This document shows positions 19,857-30,081 of a DNA stretch of 64,000 nucleotides, piece after piece; within the stretch, counting starts at the first letter, position 1; each line of letters opens with the position of its first letter. This DNA is from Planctomycetota bacterium (lineage in GTDB: Bacteria > Planctomycetota > PLA2 > JAEUHO01), in assembly GCA_965222115.1 (NCBI GenBank), contig CBDCTJ010000003.1, positions 288,001 to 352,000 of the forward strand, in the 5' to 3' direction. The position numbers were made by a program, and so were the translations under genes. The notes below the pieces were generated by a model. The model had not been told where the DNA came from. It worked only from the letters and a program-made list of their open reading frames with translations, and ran no database searches.

Positions 19857-21275
19857 CTACGGATTCGACACCGCACATCGCACGGGGGCGCTCACAACGA
19901 GCACGAGAGACACCAGCACAAGCAAGAGCGTGGCGACCCACGTGTGCTCGTAGCGAATCCAATCCATTACGCTTGGGCGCGGGGCGCCAGGCATCGCGTT
20001 CAGATCGTGCAGCGCGACAGCCGCGACATACTTTCGATTCCCCGCCGACTGGGTGCCATGTATGAGGAACGAACGCACCGTATTGACGTCAATGGTCTCG
20101 GGAACGCCAAAGCGCTTCATGAGTTGTACGCCGTACCACGTTCCGCGAATACTCCCCCACTGATAGTCACCGCCACGTTCGTACTCGCGGAACCCTCCCG
20201 CGGCCGAGAAGCCGCCGGCCTGCATGGAATGCAGTGCCGTGAGCATCTCTGCGAAGTGTTCAGACCACGACTCAGGCACAAGTGGGCGCTCAAGAACATC
20301 GAGCAGCGAGACAAGCATCCACGCCTCCTCCAATGCCCCGTGCTCGGCTACGTCGATCATCTCCAACGAGTGACGTACACGAATCGCAAGATTGTCGCGA
20401 TCGTGATCATCCAACATGTTTGTCATTGTCAGGAGGTGAATGACCCACACATCCTGCGTGAGATATGATATGGAGCTCCCAGTAGATTCTGGGGATAGCA
20501 AACGGACGCGTTCATCGTCAAACTCACGGATACGATCGACGTCACCCGGTTGAAGGAGGCCTGACCACGACGCGCTCGTGAGTACGTGATCATTCTGTCG
20601 CCCGCGAATCTCCCGTTCGATCAATGCGCGTGGACGTCGCATATCCACATCGAAGTCGTGCGTGAGCAACGAATTGGCGACCAGCGCGAAGGCATGCCAC
20701 GACGCCGTGTCAAACCGCGCCTTGTCAAACGCCTCGACGTACCCGCGCGCGCTCTGTATATCCGCGGTTCTATATGCGCGTGATGCGTTTATCGCAAATA
20801 TCGGAAGAATGGCCAGGACCCACCAAACACTCTGTCGCTGCGCCTTTGGACGAATGATCCATCCAAGTAGCGCCATGACGCCACCCACGAGCAGGAACGC
20901 GAGATGGAGATGTTGATTCGGCCAGAGCCGGATCGATTCTGGGGTCCGATTCGGGGTGCCAACGATGAGGGAGATGAAAACGATGAAGCACGCGCTGAGA
21001 CCCAAGACATAGGATCGCGGGGCCAGTCCGCGCGCACTCAGCGACCGTACGATTCCAACGAGTGCAATGACCCCAGCGAGAACGATGCCGGTCAATACCC
21101 ACCGATCTCGAACGAAGTAGGCAGCTACGCCGATCAAATACAAAAGCGCATAAAGCCAGTGGTGCTCACGCCACCACGTCTGAATGCGCTCCGTATGGGA
21201 GACGTCCACCGTTTCGTTAAGGGAGCGCGGCTCGCTTGGGTTCGATGCCTCGGTACCTGGGTTGGGGGCATCCAT
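19857..21275 (-). CDS. Hypothetical membrane protein (5 N-terminal TM, helical soluble domain, C-terminal TM)
   Basis: Long ORF with a clear hydrophobicity pattern; weak GGF alpha/alpha-barrel-like motifs. Confidence 0.55.
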   Translation of the reverse strand: MDAPNPGTEASNPSEPRSLNETVDVSHTERIQTWWREHHWLYALLYLIGVAAYFVRDRWVLTGIVLAGVIALVGIVRSLSARGLAPRSYVLGLSACFIVFISLIVGTPNRTPESIRLWPNQHLHLAFLLVGGVMALLGWIIRPKAQRQSVWWVLAILPIFAINASRAYRTADIQSARGYVEAFDKARFDTASWHAFALVANSLLTHDFDVDMRRPRALIEREIRGRQNDHVLTSASWSGLLQPGDVDRIREFDDERVRLLSPESTGSSISYLTQDVWVIHLLTMTNMLDDHDRDNLAIRVRHSLEMIDVAEHGALEEAWMLVSLLDVLERPLVPESWSEHFAEMLTALHSMQAGGFSAAGGFREYERGGDYQWGSIRGTWYGVQLMKRFGVPETIDVNTVRSFLIHGTQSAGNRKYVAAVALHDLNAMPGAPRPSVMDWIRYEHTWVATLLLVLVSLVLVVSAPVRCAVSNP

Positions 21276-21327
21276 GGCGAACACTGTACCACAGCAAGTA
21301 GTGGCACCTCCCGCGCGGCTCAACCCG

Positions 21328-22956
21328 TCACACGTCGAACCAGGTTCCGGATTCGGGCACATACTCCTCGACTATGTCGAGCGTGCCATCGGCGTCACTA
21401 TCACGCTCCATCCGTATTCGAAAACCATTGGCGTCGTAGAAATAGCGCGTTGTAGCATCGGGCACTCCATCCGCGTTTCCATCGAATGATCGAAGTGTCA
21501 CATCGCCGTTTGCGTTGTATTCGTAAACGGTTTCGCTATCGACAGTCCCGTCTGCGTCGTCGTCCGTCCATGTCGACTGAATCCAGCCGTTCGCATCATA
21601 TACGATTCCACTTGCTTGATCGATCGATCCGTCGTCAAATTCGTCGGTTGTGCTTCCGACATATCGCCCTAGAGCATCGAACTCATACCCCGTGAATTCG
21701 TCCCATATCCCGTCACCGTCGCTATCTGATCGGTATTGATGTATGCGACCCGCACTGTCGTATACATAGTGATCAACTTCGTCCCACGTCCCGTCGGCAC
21801 CGGAATCGTCGCGGTAATAGACTGGTCTTCCCTGAGCGTCGTATTCAATGGCCCAACGAGAGTCTATGGTGCCGTCCGGTTCATAATCGGTATCTTGTAG
21901 AATCAGCCGACCGGCGCCATCGTAAAGATACAGCACTCTCTGATCCCACACGCCATCTGCGCCACTGTCACGTTCGAACATCGTCTTCAACCCAATCGCA
22001 TTGCGTGAGCTGACTTCAAGATAGTCCAGCGATCCATCATCTCCTTCGTCTCGTGCGAATTCTAGTTCTCGCCCGTTTGAGTCGTACTGCCACCGCTCTC
22101 TTCGATCGATTCCATCCAGGTTGAAATCAGCTGTTAACTCGATTCGTTGATCGAGACTGTTGTACGTTTGGTGATACTGCACATCGATGACACCATCGCC
22201 ATCATTGTCGCGTCGGCTAAATGTGCGGCGGCCACTGCTATCGTACTGATACTCATCCGTTCGATCGACGGTGCCGTCGCCGTCCGCATCCCTCGTTGAA
22301 TTCGTCACGCGACAGAATGTCGTCTGAATGTTTAGGTCTTCGTACAGATGCTGAAGGGCGCGCTTCAGCGACACCACGCCCTTTCCAAGACCTCCCCAGA
22401 GTCCTTCGCTGACTCCATCCGCCAGAAGCGCGCGAAACTGAAGATCGTCTCGAAATTGGTAGTACGGGATGGACATGTCCAGCATCAAATTATTGTCAGA
22501 CGACGCAAACAGCGCTGGCACTTGGATACCGTTGTTTGGGTCGGCATCCTCGTCAATGGTGTGAAACAAGACCACTAGATTGATGAATTGATCATTTCTT
22601 CTAGCTTCACGCCAATCAGGATCGAGAAACGCCTTAGCCTGCGCCTTCGTGGTGGGCAACGTCGTCCCAGGCACTAGATCCACTGAGGTCAGCGCGGCGG
22701 CACCCGGCACTTGACTAAGCTGAGTATCGCCGAAGCGAAACGTAACCAGTTCGCCGGCTTCGTAGAGAAATCCCCCATCAACATCGGTGAGCCCTTGGTG
22801 CGACGGCGTTTCGTAGGGCAGTCCCGCTACGAGAGGAGCCGCTAGGACTCCCCGTAGCGTATCAGCGGTACCGCCGCCACCGCCCCCACCACCACAGGCA
22901 GGCAAGGCAGTCGCAGATAGAACCAGCAAAGTGGCGTGCAGCGCATATCGAGACAT
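21328..22956 (-). CDS. Lipoprotein with YD-like/DxDxDG repeats (paralog 2)
   Basis: LPAC-GGGGGGG lipobox, the same N-domain, 12 Asp-rich loops at a 27-aa period, ends ESGTWFDV. Confidence 0.82.
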   Translation of the reverse strand: MSRYALHATLLVLSATALPACGGGGGGGGTADTLRGVLAAPLVAGLPYETPSHQGLTDVDGGFLYEAGELVTFRFGDTQLSQVPGAAALTSVDLVPGTTLPTTKAQAKAFLDPDWREARRNDQFINLVVLFHTIDEDADPNNGIQVPALFASSDNNLMLDMSIPYYQFRDDLQFRALLADGVSEGLWGGLGKGVVSLKRALQHLYEDLNIQTTFCRVTNSTRDADGDGTVDRTDEYQYDSSGRRTFSRRDNDGDGVIDVQYHQTYNSLDQRIELTADFNLDGIDRRERWQYDSNGRELEFARDEGDDGSLDYLEVSSRNAIGLKTMFERDSGADGVWDQRVLYLYDGAGRLILQDTDYEPDGTIDSRWAIEYDAQGRPVYYRDDSGADGTWDEVDHYVYDSAGRIHQYRSDSDGDGIWDEFTGYEFDALGRYVGSTTDEFDDGSIDQASGIVYDANGWIQSTWTDDDADGTVDSETVYEYNANGDVTLRSFDGNADGVPDATTRYFYDANGFRIRMERDSDADGTLDIVEEYVPESGTWFDV

Positions 22957-23146
22957 GACGGTACTCCTTCGACAGGTACGTACCGGGTAGACGGACGTGA
23001 GAGGAGAAATTGCCCCCAACCGCGTATCCGATACGGGACGACGCAGCGATTGAGAGAAGATGAGCACTCCACCTCTGACGCCAAAAATCTATTCGCTCAA
23101 TGCGCTTCCCCGTCACGCACCTGAACAAGCCGGATCGGCACGAGAA

Positions 23147-24775
23147 TCAACGGCGACGAACATCAAGCCACGTCCCGGGCTCGGGGCTGTACTCCTTGAC
23201 TACATCGAGCACGCCGTCTGCGCCGTTGTCTTGCTCGACGCGCATGCGAAGGCCCTGCGCATTGTAAATGTACGCGGTTGTATCATCGACAACACCATCC
23301 GCATTGTCATCTTCAGAAACCATCGCGACATCGCCTGCGGCGTTGTAATCCCAGAATGTAGTCCGGTCCGCGACTCCGTCGCCGTTATCGTCTGTGGAAC
23401 GCATTTGGATGGCTCCGCGTGCGTCATACGTATAGTGACTGGCGTAATCGATCGTGCCGTCATTGTCGTTGTCTCTACGGTAGGTAAGAAGCGTGCCGTC
23501 CTCATTGAACTCATTGTACGCAACCCGATCCCACGTGCCATTGCCATCATTGTCCGTGCGCTCCATGGTCATGCGGCCTGCGCCGTCGTAGGTGAACTCG
23601 CGGACATAGTCCCAGGTACCATCGCCATCTTGATCGTCGCGATTGAGTGTCACGCGCCCGTTGACGTCGTATTCAAAAGCACTGCGTTCGTCGATGGATC
23701 CGTTGGCTCCAATATCGCGCTCGATCTGCGTCTTGTTTCCTTTGACATCGTACGTATATGTATATCGATTGTCCCATACGCCATCGCCATCGCTATCCGT
23801 TTCGAACATGGTCATGAGTCCAACCGCATTGCGGTGAATCACCGTTTGGCTGTCAATCGTGCCGTCATCCCCGATGTCGTTCGTGTGCTTCAGTTCACGT
23901 CCATTCGGATCCATTATCCATGTCGATCGACGATCAATGCCATCAAGACCCGTGTCCATGGTCTCCTCGGTTAGCTGATCGTACGCGTTGTACGAATTTC
24001 CTTGGAGGCGATCAACGAGCCCATCGCCATCGTCGTCGTAATAGACGAACGCTGGCAGGCCCGAGGGACCAAACGTTGTCTGGCTCTCCGTGTCAATTGC
24101 GCCATCGGCGTCCCAATCGATGCTGACGACTGCATTGCGCCAAAAGGTTGTCTGCAAACCAGTATCTTCATAGTGGTGTTGTAGCGCCCTTCGCGCGGAA
24201 ACGACGTTTCGCCCGATTCCGCCCCACGCCCCTTCGGCGACAGCGTCAGCGAGAAAGCTCCGAAACGGTATGCCATCTGCGAACGTGCTGCGTGGGCTGG
24301 ATAGCGGCAGAGATGCAACCACCTTCTCCGTCGAGTATATCGCGGGAATCTGCACACCATTGGTCGCATCATTGTCTTCGTCGATGGTGTACAGCAACAC
24401 GAGCGTATTGACGTATCGATCGTCTCGCGCCTCTCTGCCCGGAGGATCAACGAAGCGCATCGCGTCTTCCATGCACGTAGGTAACACGGTGCCCGGCACG
24501 AGATTGACCAGGCTGAGCGATTCTGAACCAAGCGCCTCGCCAATGGCAGTATCACCCAGCGAGAACGACACCGTTTCGCCTGGCTCGTAAAGAAACACGC
24601 CATCGGAATCGGTGATACCGACGCGAGAGGGCGTCTTGTAGGTAAGGCCTTCGACGACGGGCGCGACAAGTGCACCCGATGTCGTAGATATGCCTCCGCC
24701 ACCACCTCCACCACATGCGGAGCACGTGGCGAGCATCGCGGCGATCGTCAAGAATTTCAGGCTTGGAATGTGCAT
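23147..24775 (-). CDS. Lipoprotein with YD-like/DxDxDG repeats (paralog 3)
   Basis: CSAC-GGGGGG lipobox, the same N-domain, 12 Asp-rich loops, ends EPGTWLDVRRR. Confidence 0.82.
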   Translation of the reverse strand: MHIPSLKFLTIAAMLATCSACGGGGGGGISTTSGALVAPVVEGLTYKTPSRVGITDSDGVFLYEPGETVSFSLGDTAIGEALGSESLSLVNLVPGTVLPTCMEDAMRFVDPPGREARDDRYVNTLVLLYTIDEDNDATNGVQIPAIYSTEKVVASLPLSSPRSTFADGIPFRSFLADAVAEGAWGGIGRNVVSARRALQHHYEDTGLQTTFWRNAVVSIDWDADGAIDTESQTTFGPSGLPAFVYYDDDGDGLVDRLQGNSYNAYDQLTEETMDTGLDGIDRRSTWIMDPNGRELKHTNDIGDDGTIDSQTVIHRNAVGLMTMFETDSDGDGVWDNRYTYTYDVKGNKTQIERDIGANGSIDERSAFEYDVNGRVTLNRDDQDGDGTWDYVREFTYDGAGRMTMERTDNDGNGTWDRVAYNEFNEDGTLLTYRRDNDNDGTIDYASHYTYDARGAIQMRSTDDNGDGVADRTTFWDYNAAGDVAMVSEDDNADGVVDDTTAYIYNAQGLRMRVEQDNGADGVLDVVKEYSPEPGTWLDVRRR

Positions 24776-24898
24776 CGAAAACTTCCTCGTTCAAGTGATC
24801 AAGGGGTAGACGCACGGGTCGTCGAGGGTTGCCCTACAATTTTTTTTCTCCAATGCCCATTGAACGTTGCCGGATGCACACGCGATCGGATTCAGCTA

Positions 24899-25780
24899 CT
24901 ACCGGTCATCGCCCGAGCCCGAAGGCGGATGAAACTCGATCCCGAATTCCCATTGAACCGGAGGGCTCGTAGACCACTGTGCGCGACAGAGCCGGACGTG
25001 CTTCTCTACAGCGAGCGCGGCATTCAGTTGAGAGACCATCAGCGGACCGCCTCCATGTTCGTCGGTTCCAGGCAGCGCAATCGGCTTGCCGCTCGGGAGT
25101 ACACCGGGCTCGCCATCATGTCCGAGCGATATCAGAATCTTCCAACCCGCCTCCGCCTCGATGTCTTGCTTACTCGGCACAGCAACTTCAGGTGCGAATG
25201 GAATCACAAACGCGGCATGTACCTCGCGCGGATCTGAAAATGTTGAATCCGATGACGTGGACCACTTTTCGGCTCTGGATTCATCGACCCACAACGAAGT
25301 ACGTAACGTCTTTGGAGAACGCATCGACAACACAATCCACCAGTTCGAAGATCCGTCATGCGTCGCCTCGCGGATGCCATGAAGACCCCTTCGCAACGTG
25401 ACGCATGGCTCGAACACTGTCCCGGCTTTGACCTTGCGCGCAAGTGATGCGATCCGAACACCGTTGGCCCAACAAGTTAGATGAATGGTGCCACGTCGCT
25501 TCGCCTTCACCTCCCACGCCACGGATCGCGCCTGAACCATCTGAAACGCGGAATGCAATCCACTCGCCAGCTTCACGTGAAACGACGCCTTCGAAATGCT
25601 TTCACCCGGATGAGCTGGCGATAGGTACACCCTGCCAGCTTCAGTACCCTCGTTATCATTGGAGCAACTTGCGAAGACGAAAAAGGCGAGCGTGGCAACG
25701 AAGACGGCGCGGACAATCCATGGGCTCTGTACCAAGCAGGCGCTAACCATTGTTGATCTTTCCGTCACCACTTTGTCCAA
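24899..25780 (-). CDS. Hypothetical lipoprotein
   Basis: Hydrophobic leader ending FASC; no recognisable family; start uncertain. Confidence 0.45.
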   Translation of the reverse strand: MDKVVTERSTMVSACLVQSPWIVRAVFVATLAFFVFASCSNDNEGTEAGRVYLSPAHPGESISKASFHVKLASGLHSAFQMVQARSVAWEVKAKRRGTIHLTCWANGVRIASLARKVKAGTVFEPCVTLRRGLHGIREATHDGSSNWWIVLSMRSPKTLRTSLWVDESRAEKWSTSSDSTFSDPREVHAAFVIPFAPEVAVPSKQDIEAEAGWKILISLGHDGEPGVLPSGKPIALPGTDEHGGGPLMVSQLNAALAVEKHVRLCRAQWSTSPPVQWEFGIEFHPPSGSGDDR

Positions 25781-25950
25781 GGCTACTTATGCGCTTGAAT
25801 TATCCTAACAGCTTGTCTTCGAACTCTCCTGTCGGTCTAGTTCGTGGCCTGGAGTAAAGCGCACCTTCGAGACGTCACGTCCGACTTGGGCCAATGAGGT
25901 AATTGAATCGCTCTAGATTTAGAGACTTTGGGCAATGACGCGCCACTAAA

Positions 25951-26256
25951 TCGGCCCTTCGATGCGCACCTCGCGGATCAAAGATCCGCTTGCGCTTACT
26001 CAGGATCTCGTGTCCAAGAGCTATGCCCTTGGACTCTCGACACGCTCATTGAGAATGATCTCAGTGTCCTGATTGACGGCTTCTTGATTCGAAATGCTTC
26101 ATCGGTCAGGACCGACTACACCTATGAATGCGACACCAGTTTTTGTCACAATTCTGAGCTCGCGTGTCGGAGGATCAAATGCGAAGCAATTGATCCGGAG
26201 ACTCTGAGTAAGGACCTGCGGATCGAAGATCCGCAAGGGACGCATCGAAGGGCCGA
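25951..26256. repeat. Pair of ~59-bp imperfect inverted REP/MITE-like repeats
   Basis: 25951-26009 TCGGCCCTTCGATGCG..GCGGATC-AAA-GATCCGC..CTTACTCAG matches the reverse complement of 26198-26256; each copy has an internal hairpin. Confidence 0.75.
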
Positions 26257-26323
26257 ATCAATCCAAGCGAACGCGTTGCTCGAATGCCACACCTAGAGCG
26301 ATCCTGCGCGGATCAACTCCCCG

Positions 26324-28765
26324 CTACTTCTCCGGCATTCTCCACATCATGAGTTTCCCCCCGCCGGTGAGCACCGTTACTCGCTTACCGTCCGGCGACA
26401 CGCGCACGCCGTCGCCGCCTCCTTCAACGACATAGGCGAGCGCAACCGCGCCGGAACGCGCATCTACGATTCGAAGTATCGCTCCCTCTTCGGATCCTGC
26501 CGCCTTCTGAATGAGTCTTGGGAACTTTTCATGAGACAGAACCGCAAAGTATCGACCATCTGGACTCGGGGAAACGTGCCTTATCGACACATTATTCAAC
26601 GGAAGATGCAGCACCTCCTTGCACGTATCGCGCTCGAACACGCGCAAACCGGGTGCGGCGTACCAGAAGTGTTTCCCATCTGGCAAGAGACCTGCTTTGC
26701 GCGCGGAAACCCACCTCCTTTTATCGGGTCCCAACGCGCGGGTGGCACCCGTCTTCATGTTGATTCGTTGGCCGTCGATCAAGCGCTGGTTCTTGGCAAC
26801 ACCGTCGTAGCAATAAATGTGCAAACCATCTTCCTCAAACTCAGAGTCCATAGATCCTGAATCCTTGTAGGAAACGGCATTTGACGTTCTGCCATCGCGT
26901 GCATCGAGAGGAATGAACTTGCCATCCAGACACACCAACAGCTTCAAAGGATCATGCGTCCAAAGCAGCGTGCAATCGGAGAACTCCTTCTTGAGCGTGA
27001 AGGTGCTTCGCGTGGAGCCCGTCAGGGCATCAATCACTCTAGCCGGGCGTCCATGGGGCCAGCTTGAGTTCGCTCCAAATCGCTGCTCCACATGCGCTTC
27101 ATCTCTCAGGCAGAGAATCTGATTGCCAGACGCGTGAACTTGGTCTACCTCAAAGCCAACCGGAAGATCATGATTGCCAGTCGGTTCAAGTGAGTGTGCA
27201 TCCCACGTACACACGCGATTATCTCGACCAATCGTGCAGATCGCCGAACCACCATCGGAATAGAACATTGCCTTGACCGCTCCGCGATGTCCGGCAAGCA
27301 CGCCCACTTTCCGCTCAATGCCCTTTGGCTTCGCGAGCCCACGCACATAACCCGCTACGAGAGCCTCTTCGTCTTCAACTCCCAAATGATCGAGAGCAAA
27401 TTGCATCTCGCGACGCCAAGGTCCTTGAAGTTCATCGCGCGCCGACCGGATGTGCTCTACGTGGCGACGCGCGGACTCTTCGCTCATAGCTTCCAACAAC
27501 CAGATCAGCGCGCGGTTCACGTCAGTACGGTGCGACTCTGATGCGCGTGCCGAGGCATAGGCCGAGGGTGGCGCGGGCGCAGACGGCGATCGGATCTGAT
27601 CGACGTATTCGACTACCAACGTATTCAACGCATCGCTCGGCGCTTTGCGCTCTACGACGGTCAGCGCTCGGATCATCTTCTCGAGCAACTTGTGCCGACC
27701 ACGATCGCCGACTTCGTGGTCCATCATCAACGTACGGGTTCGTTTCAGGAGGGGCCCGCGTGCCTCTTCCGGTCGCCGCCCAAGACTGCTTACTGCCAGT
27801 TCATAGCCGCCCTCAAGCGTGGACTCCAGCATCTTCAGCGCGTCTTCCAGCGAGCCTTGAAAACAAATCTCTTGAATGCGTTCGCCACGCACACGTTGCT
27901 GCGCCCCTCCGCTCAGTTCGGTGTACGTCTCCTTTGACATGACGATCGGGTACGTCTCGCGCTTCTTAATAGATGCCCGGATGCGAGCGAGCATTCCGTG
28001 GCCAACGGACACATGCGATGCGTAGCACTTCGGTAATCGCCGACTATCAACAACAGGAGGATCGACGTGTGGTCCGTCCGTCCCGAATACATAGATGCGC
28101 TTCTTCGGTCGAAGGGGCAGCTTGGGTGCAAGCCATCGAGTTAGCGATGAGTTGTAGACGCGAATACGTTGCTTCTCAAACTCGTTGGAACCCAAGATTA
28201 CCTGATCAACTTCAACCGTACGAACGGAGCGCTTTGTAATGAACCGCTTTCGAATGTCGGAAGTTTCTGCGAGCGCGATTTCCCGACCAACGAGAATAAG
28301 TGATGCACCAAGTGCATGGAGTGCGGTGCGCGCTTCGCCGAGTGCCTTGGCTGACAGCATACTTGGTTGATTGGCGGGCACCGCTTCGACGAGAGCCCAG
28401 TGCAGATCACCCCGTGTTCGGGCCTCGAGGACCAAGATCTGTTCACCCGCTGGAATTCGATGGAGCGCGCCCGAACTGAAGCGCAGTACGTTCGATTCCG
28501 GATCGCCATAATACGACTCACGTATTCGTACGGTTCCAACATCATCGCTCTCCACGGTGACTATGCCGTGGATCAAGAGGTCCGTTTGCTTCGGCGCACC
28601 AATGGAACCACTGATCTTCGGGCTCCGAATCAGCGCGGGGCAGGACGTTCGTAGTGCGTCCTCCCTACGGTCTTCCTCTCCCGACACTTGACGAGTGCAT
28701 GGGGCCAGTACAAAGATTAAGGCAAGCGCCGCGAAGAGTAAGACCGAGCACCGTCGGCGCATCAT
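26324..28765 (-). CDS. Secreted WD40/beta-propeller repeat protein
   Basis: Signal peptide; 'LAGHRGAVKAMFYSDGG..ICTIGRDNRVCTWD', SPDGR, SPDGK..LMMW. Confidence 0.7.
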   Translation of the reverse strand: MMRRRCSVLLFAALALIFVLAPCTRQVSGEEDRREDALRTSCPALIRSPKISGSIGAPKQTDLLIHGIVTVESDDVGTVRIRESYYGDPESNVLRFSSGALHRIPAGEQILVLEARTRGDLHWALVEAVPANQPSMLSAKALGEARTALHALGASLILVGREIALAETSDIRKRFITKRSVRTVEVDQVILGSNEFEKQRIRVYNSSLTRWLAPKLPLRPKKRIYVFGTDGPHVDPPVVDSRRLPKCYASHVSVGHGMLARIRASIKKRETYPIVMSKETYTELSGGAQQRVRGERIQEICFQGSLEDALKMLESTLEGGYELAVSSLGRRPEEARGPLLKRTRTLMMDHEVGDRGRHKLLEKMIRALTVVERKAPSDALNTLVVEYVDQIRSPSAPAPPSAYASARASESHRTDVNRALIWLLEAMSEESARRHVEHIRSARDELQGPWRREMQFALDHLGVEDEEALVAGYVRGLAKPKGIERKVGVLAGHRGAVKAMFYSDGGSAICTIGRDNRVCTWDAHSLEPTGNHDLPVGFEVDQVHASGNQILCLRDEAHVEQRFGANSSWPHGRPARVIDALTGSTRSTFTLKKEFSDCTLLWTHDPLKLLVCLDGKFIPLDARDGRTSNAVSYKDSGSMDSEFEEDGLHIYCYDGVAKNQRLIDGQRINMKTGATRALGPDKRRWVSARKAGLLPDGKHFWYAAPGLRVFERDTCKEVLHLPLNNVSIRHVSPSPDGRYFAVLSHEKFPRLIQKAAGSEEGAILRIVDARSGAVALAYVVEGGGDGVRVSPDGKRVTVLTGGGKLMMWRMPEK

Positions 28766-28947
28766 CTGTCTCCAACCACCTCAAGACGAAACGCTCGCAA
28801 GCAGGATCGGTTCGGCTCGGATGAGACCATTGGCGGTAGAGCGTGGCAGCACACCCGTCTCGCCTGCATCTAGTCCCGGCCACTGCGATCTGGCGGATAG
28901 CCGAACAAATTCAGCTTTTATGCTTACCCCCTATGTATTCTAAACAC

Positions 28948-29388
28948 ATGCGCCTCCCTCCATCCATACGCGCCGAGTTTCGACGCCAAGGCCGCAGGGG
29001 CGGCCATGAACGTGCAAGGCGACTGACACCAAGCGAGCGAACCACAATTGCTCGGCGTGCCGCAATACGCCGCTGGACCCAGGTACGTTTTGGTAACCCC
29101 AGCTTTGAAGTCTTAGGGCTTCCCGGCGGCGCAATGATCGACAAAGGCCTCAATGACCTTGCAGGCGAGATCGAGTCTCTTGAAAGCCTCGCCGTGTCCC
29201 TCGCCGCAACACGGCTACGGCGAGAGGGCGTACCCGTGCCCCGCGTATGCATTCCAGATCCGGACCATCGTCTTTACCGGATGCTTGAGTCAACAAGCGG
29301 CAACCTTGCACACGCTCGCTATTTGGCATGGCTTCGTCAGGTAGCATCATTCGCAGACGCGTGTCGTGTAGCTCGGCTGGACGACTAG
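28948..29388 (+). CDS. Hypothetical protein with an N-terminal 'GRRGG..RA..LT..ER..IA..AA..RW' basic motif
   Basis: The basic KGG-like motif is followed by 'LPGG..I..GL.DL...RL...G..VP...HRLY..L...AHARY'. Confidence 0.6.
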   Translation: MRLPPSIRAEFRRQGRRGGHERARRLTPSERTTIARRAAIRRWTQVRFGNPSFEVLGLPGGAMIDKGLNDLAGEIESLESLAVSLAATRLRREGVPVPRVCIPDPDHRLYRMLESTSGNLAHARYLAWLRQVASFADACRVARLDD

Positions 29389-29408
29389 CTACACGTGCGA
29401 AAGAGCGA

Positions 29409-29933
29409 TCAGTCGCGCGGCCCCCAATAGTTGTCAATCGCATGCTCAACTACATCTCGCTCGAGCGTGAAGTACTCATCTTCACTCAGCAAACGAAGAA
29501 ACGTACAGCACACATCCTTCTGCGCGCGATCCAGCGTGGAGAATCTATACACCGTATGGTCCCGCCACGTTCGTGCTCCATACCTGCGTGGATTCACCCG
29601 CTCTAGGCTTCGATCAAGCTCAAATCCCGACACCATATGGAACGCCATGCTTTGACGGTCAAGCAGTTTGCGCAGCTCAGCAATCATGTACCCCGGCATG
29701 AAGTGCCGGAGCGCTTCGTCCGAGAAGAAGCTCAAGGACGACCCAAACCCGTCAGGCGCCTGGTCGAGCTCTTCGAATGTGAGCTCCGACCAATGACCGA
29801 ATCGCTCGAACTGCTTTTGCAGCAACTGTGGCTCTTCGCCTTCAAGCGAGTCGCTAATGCAATGCTTCATCGGATAGGCAACATCCTTGAAGGCCTCAAG
29901 TATCTGTTTCTCGCACGCTTCGAACGCCGACAT
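29409..29933 (-). CDS. DUF6714-like protein
   Basis: 'ILEAFKDVAYP', 'LSFFSDEALRHFMPGYM', terminal YW. Confidence 0.6.
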   Translation of the reverse strand: MSAFEACEKQILEAFKDVAYPMKHCISDSLEGEEPQLLQKQFERFGHWSELTFEELDQAPDGFGSSLSFFSDEALRHFMPGYMIAELRKLLDRQSMAFHMVSGFELDRSLERVNPRRYGARTWRDHTVYRFSTLDRAQKDVCCTFLRLLSEDEYFTLERDVVEHAIDNYWGPRD

Positions 29934-30081
29934 GATCCCAGTGTGCATGCGGGTACGCCCATTCCGGCAACAAAACGCTTGCGCTGGTTCACTTTGAGAC
30001 CGCGCGCGGATTTGCCCTGCGGCTTTCAAAGGCCGCACCAACGAGCTATGTTGCACAGCAGGCCTTGCCTGCGGTCTCAGT

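Noticed and set aside
23060-23974. 304-aa hydrophobic + strand ORF with apparent repeats
   Set aside because: Antisense reading of the Asp-rich repeat lipoprotein (GAC/GAT codons read as Val/Ile).
14105-24775. RHS polymorphic toxin locus
   Set aside because: No RHS core signature, no variable toxin tip and no immunity genes; the proteins are lipoproteins.
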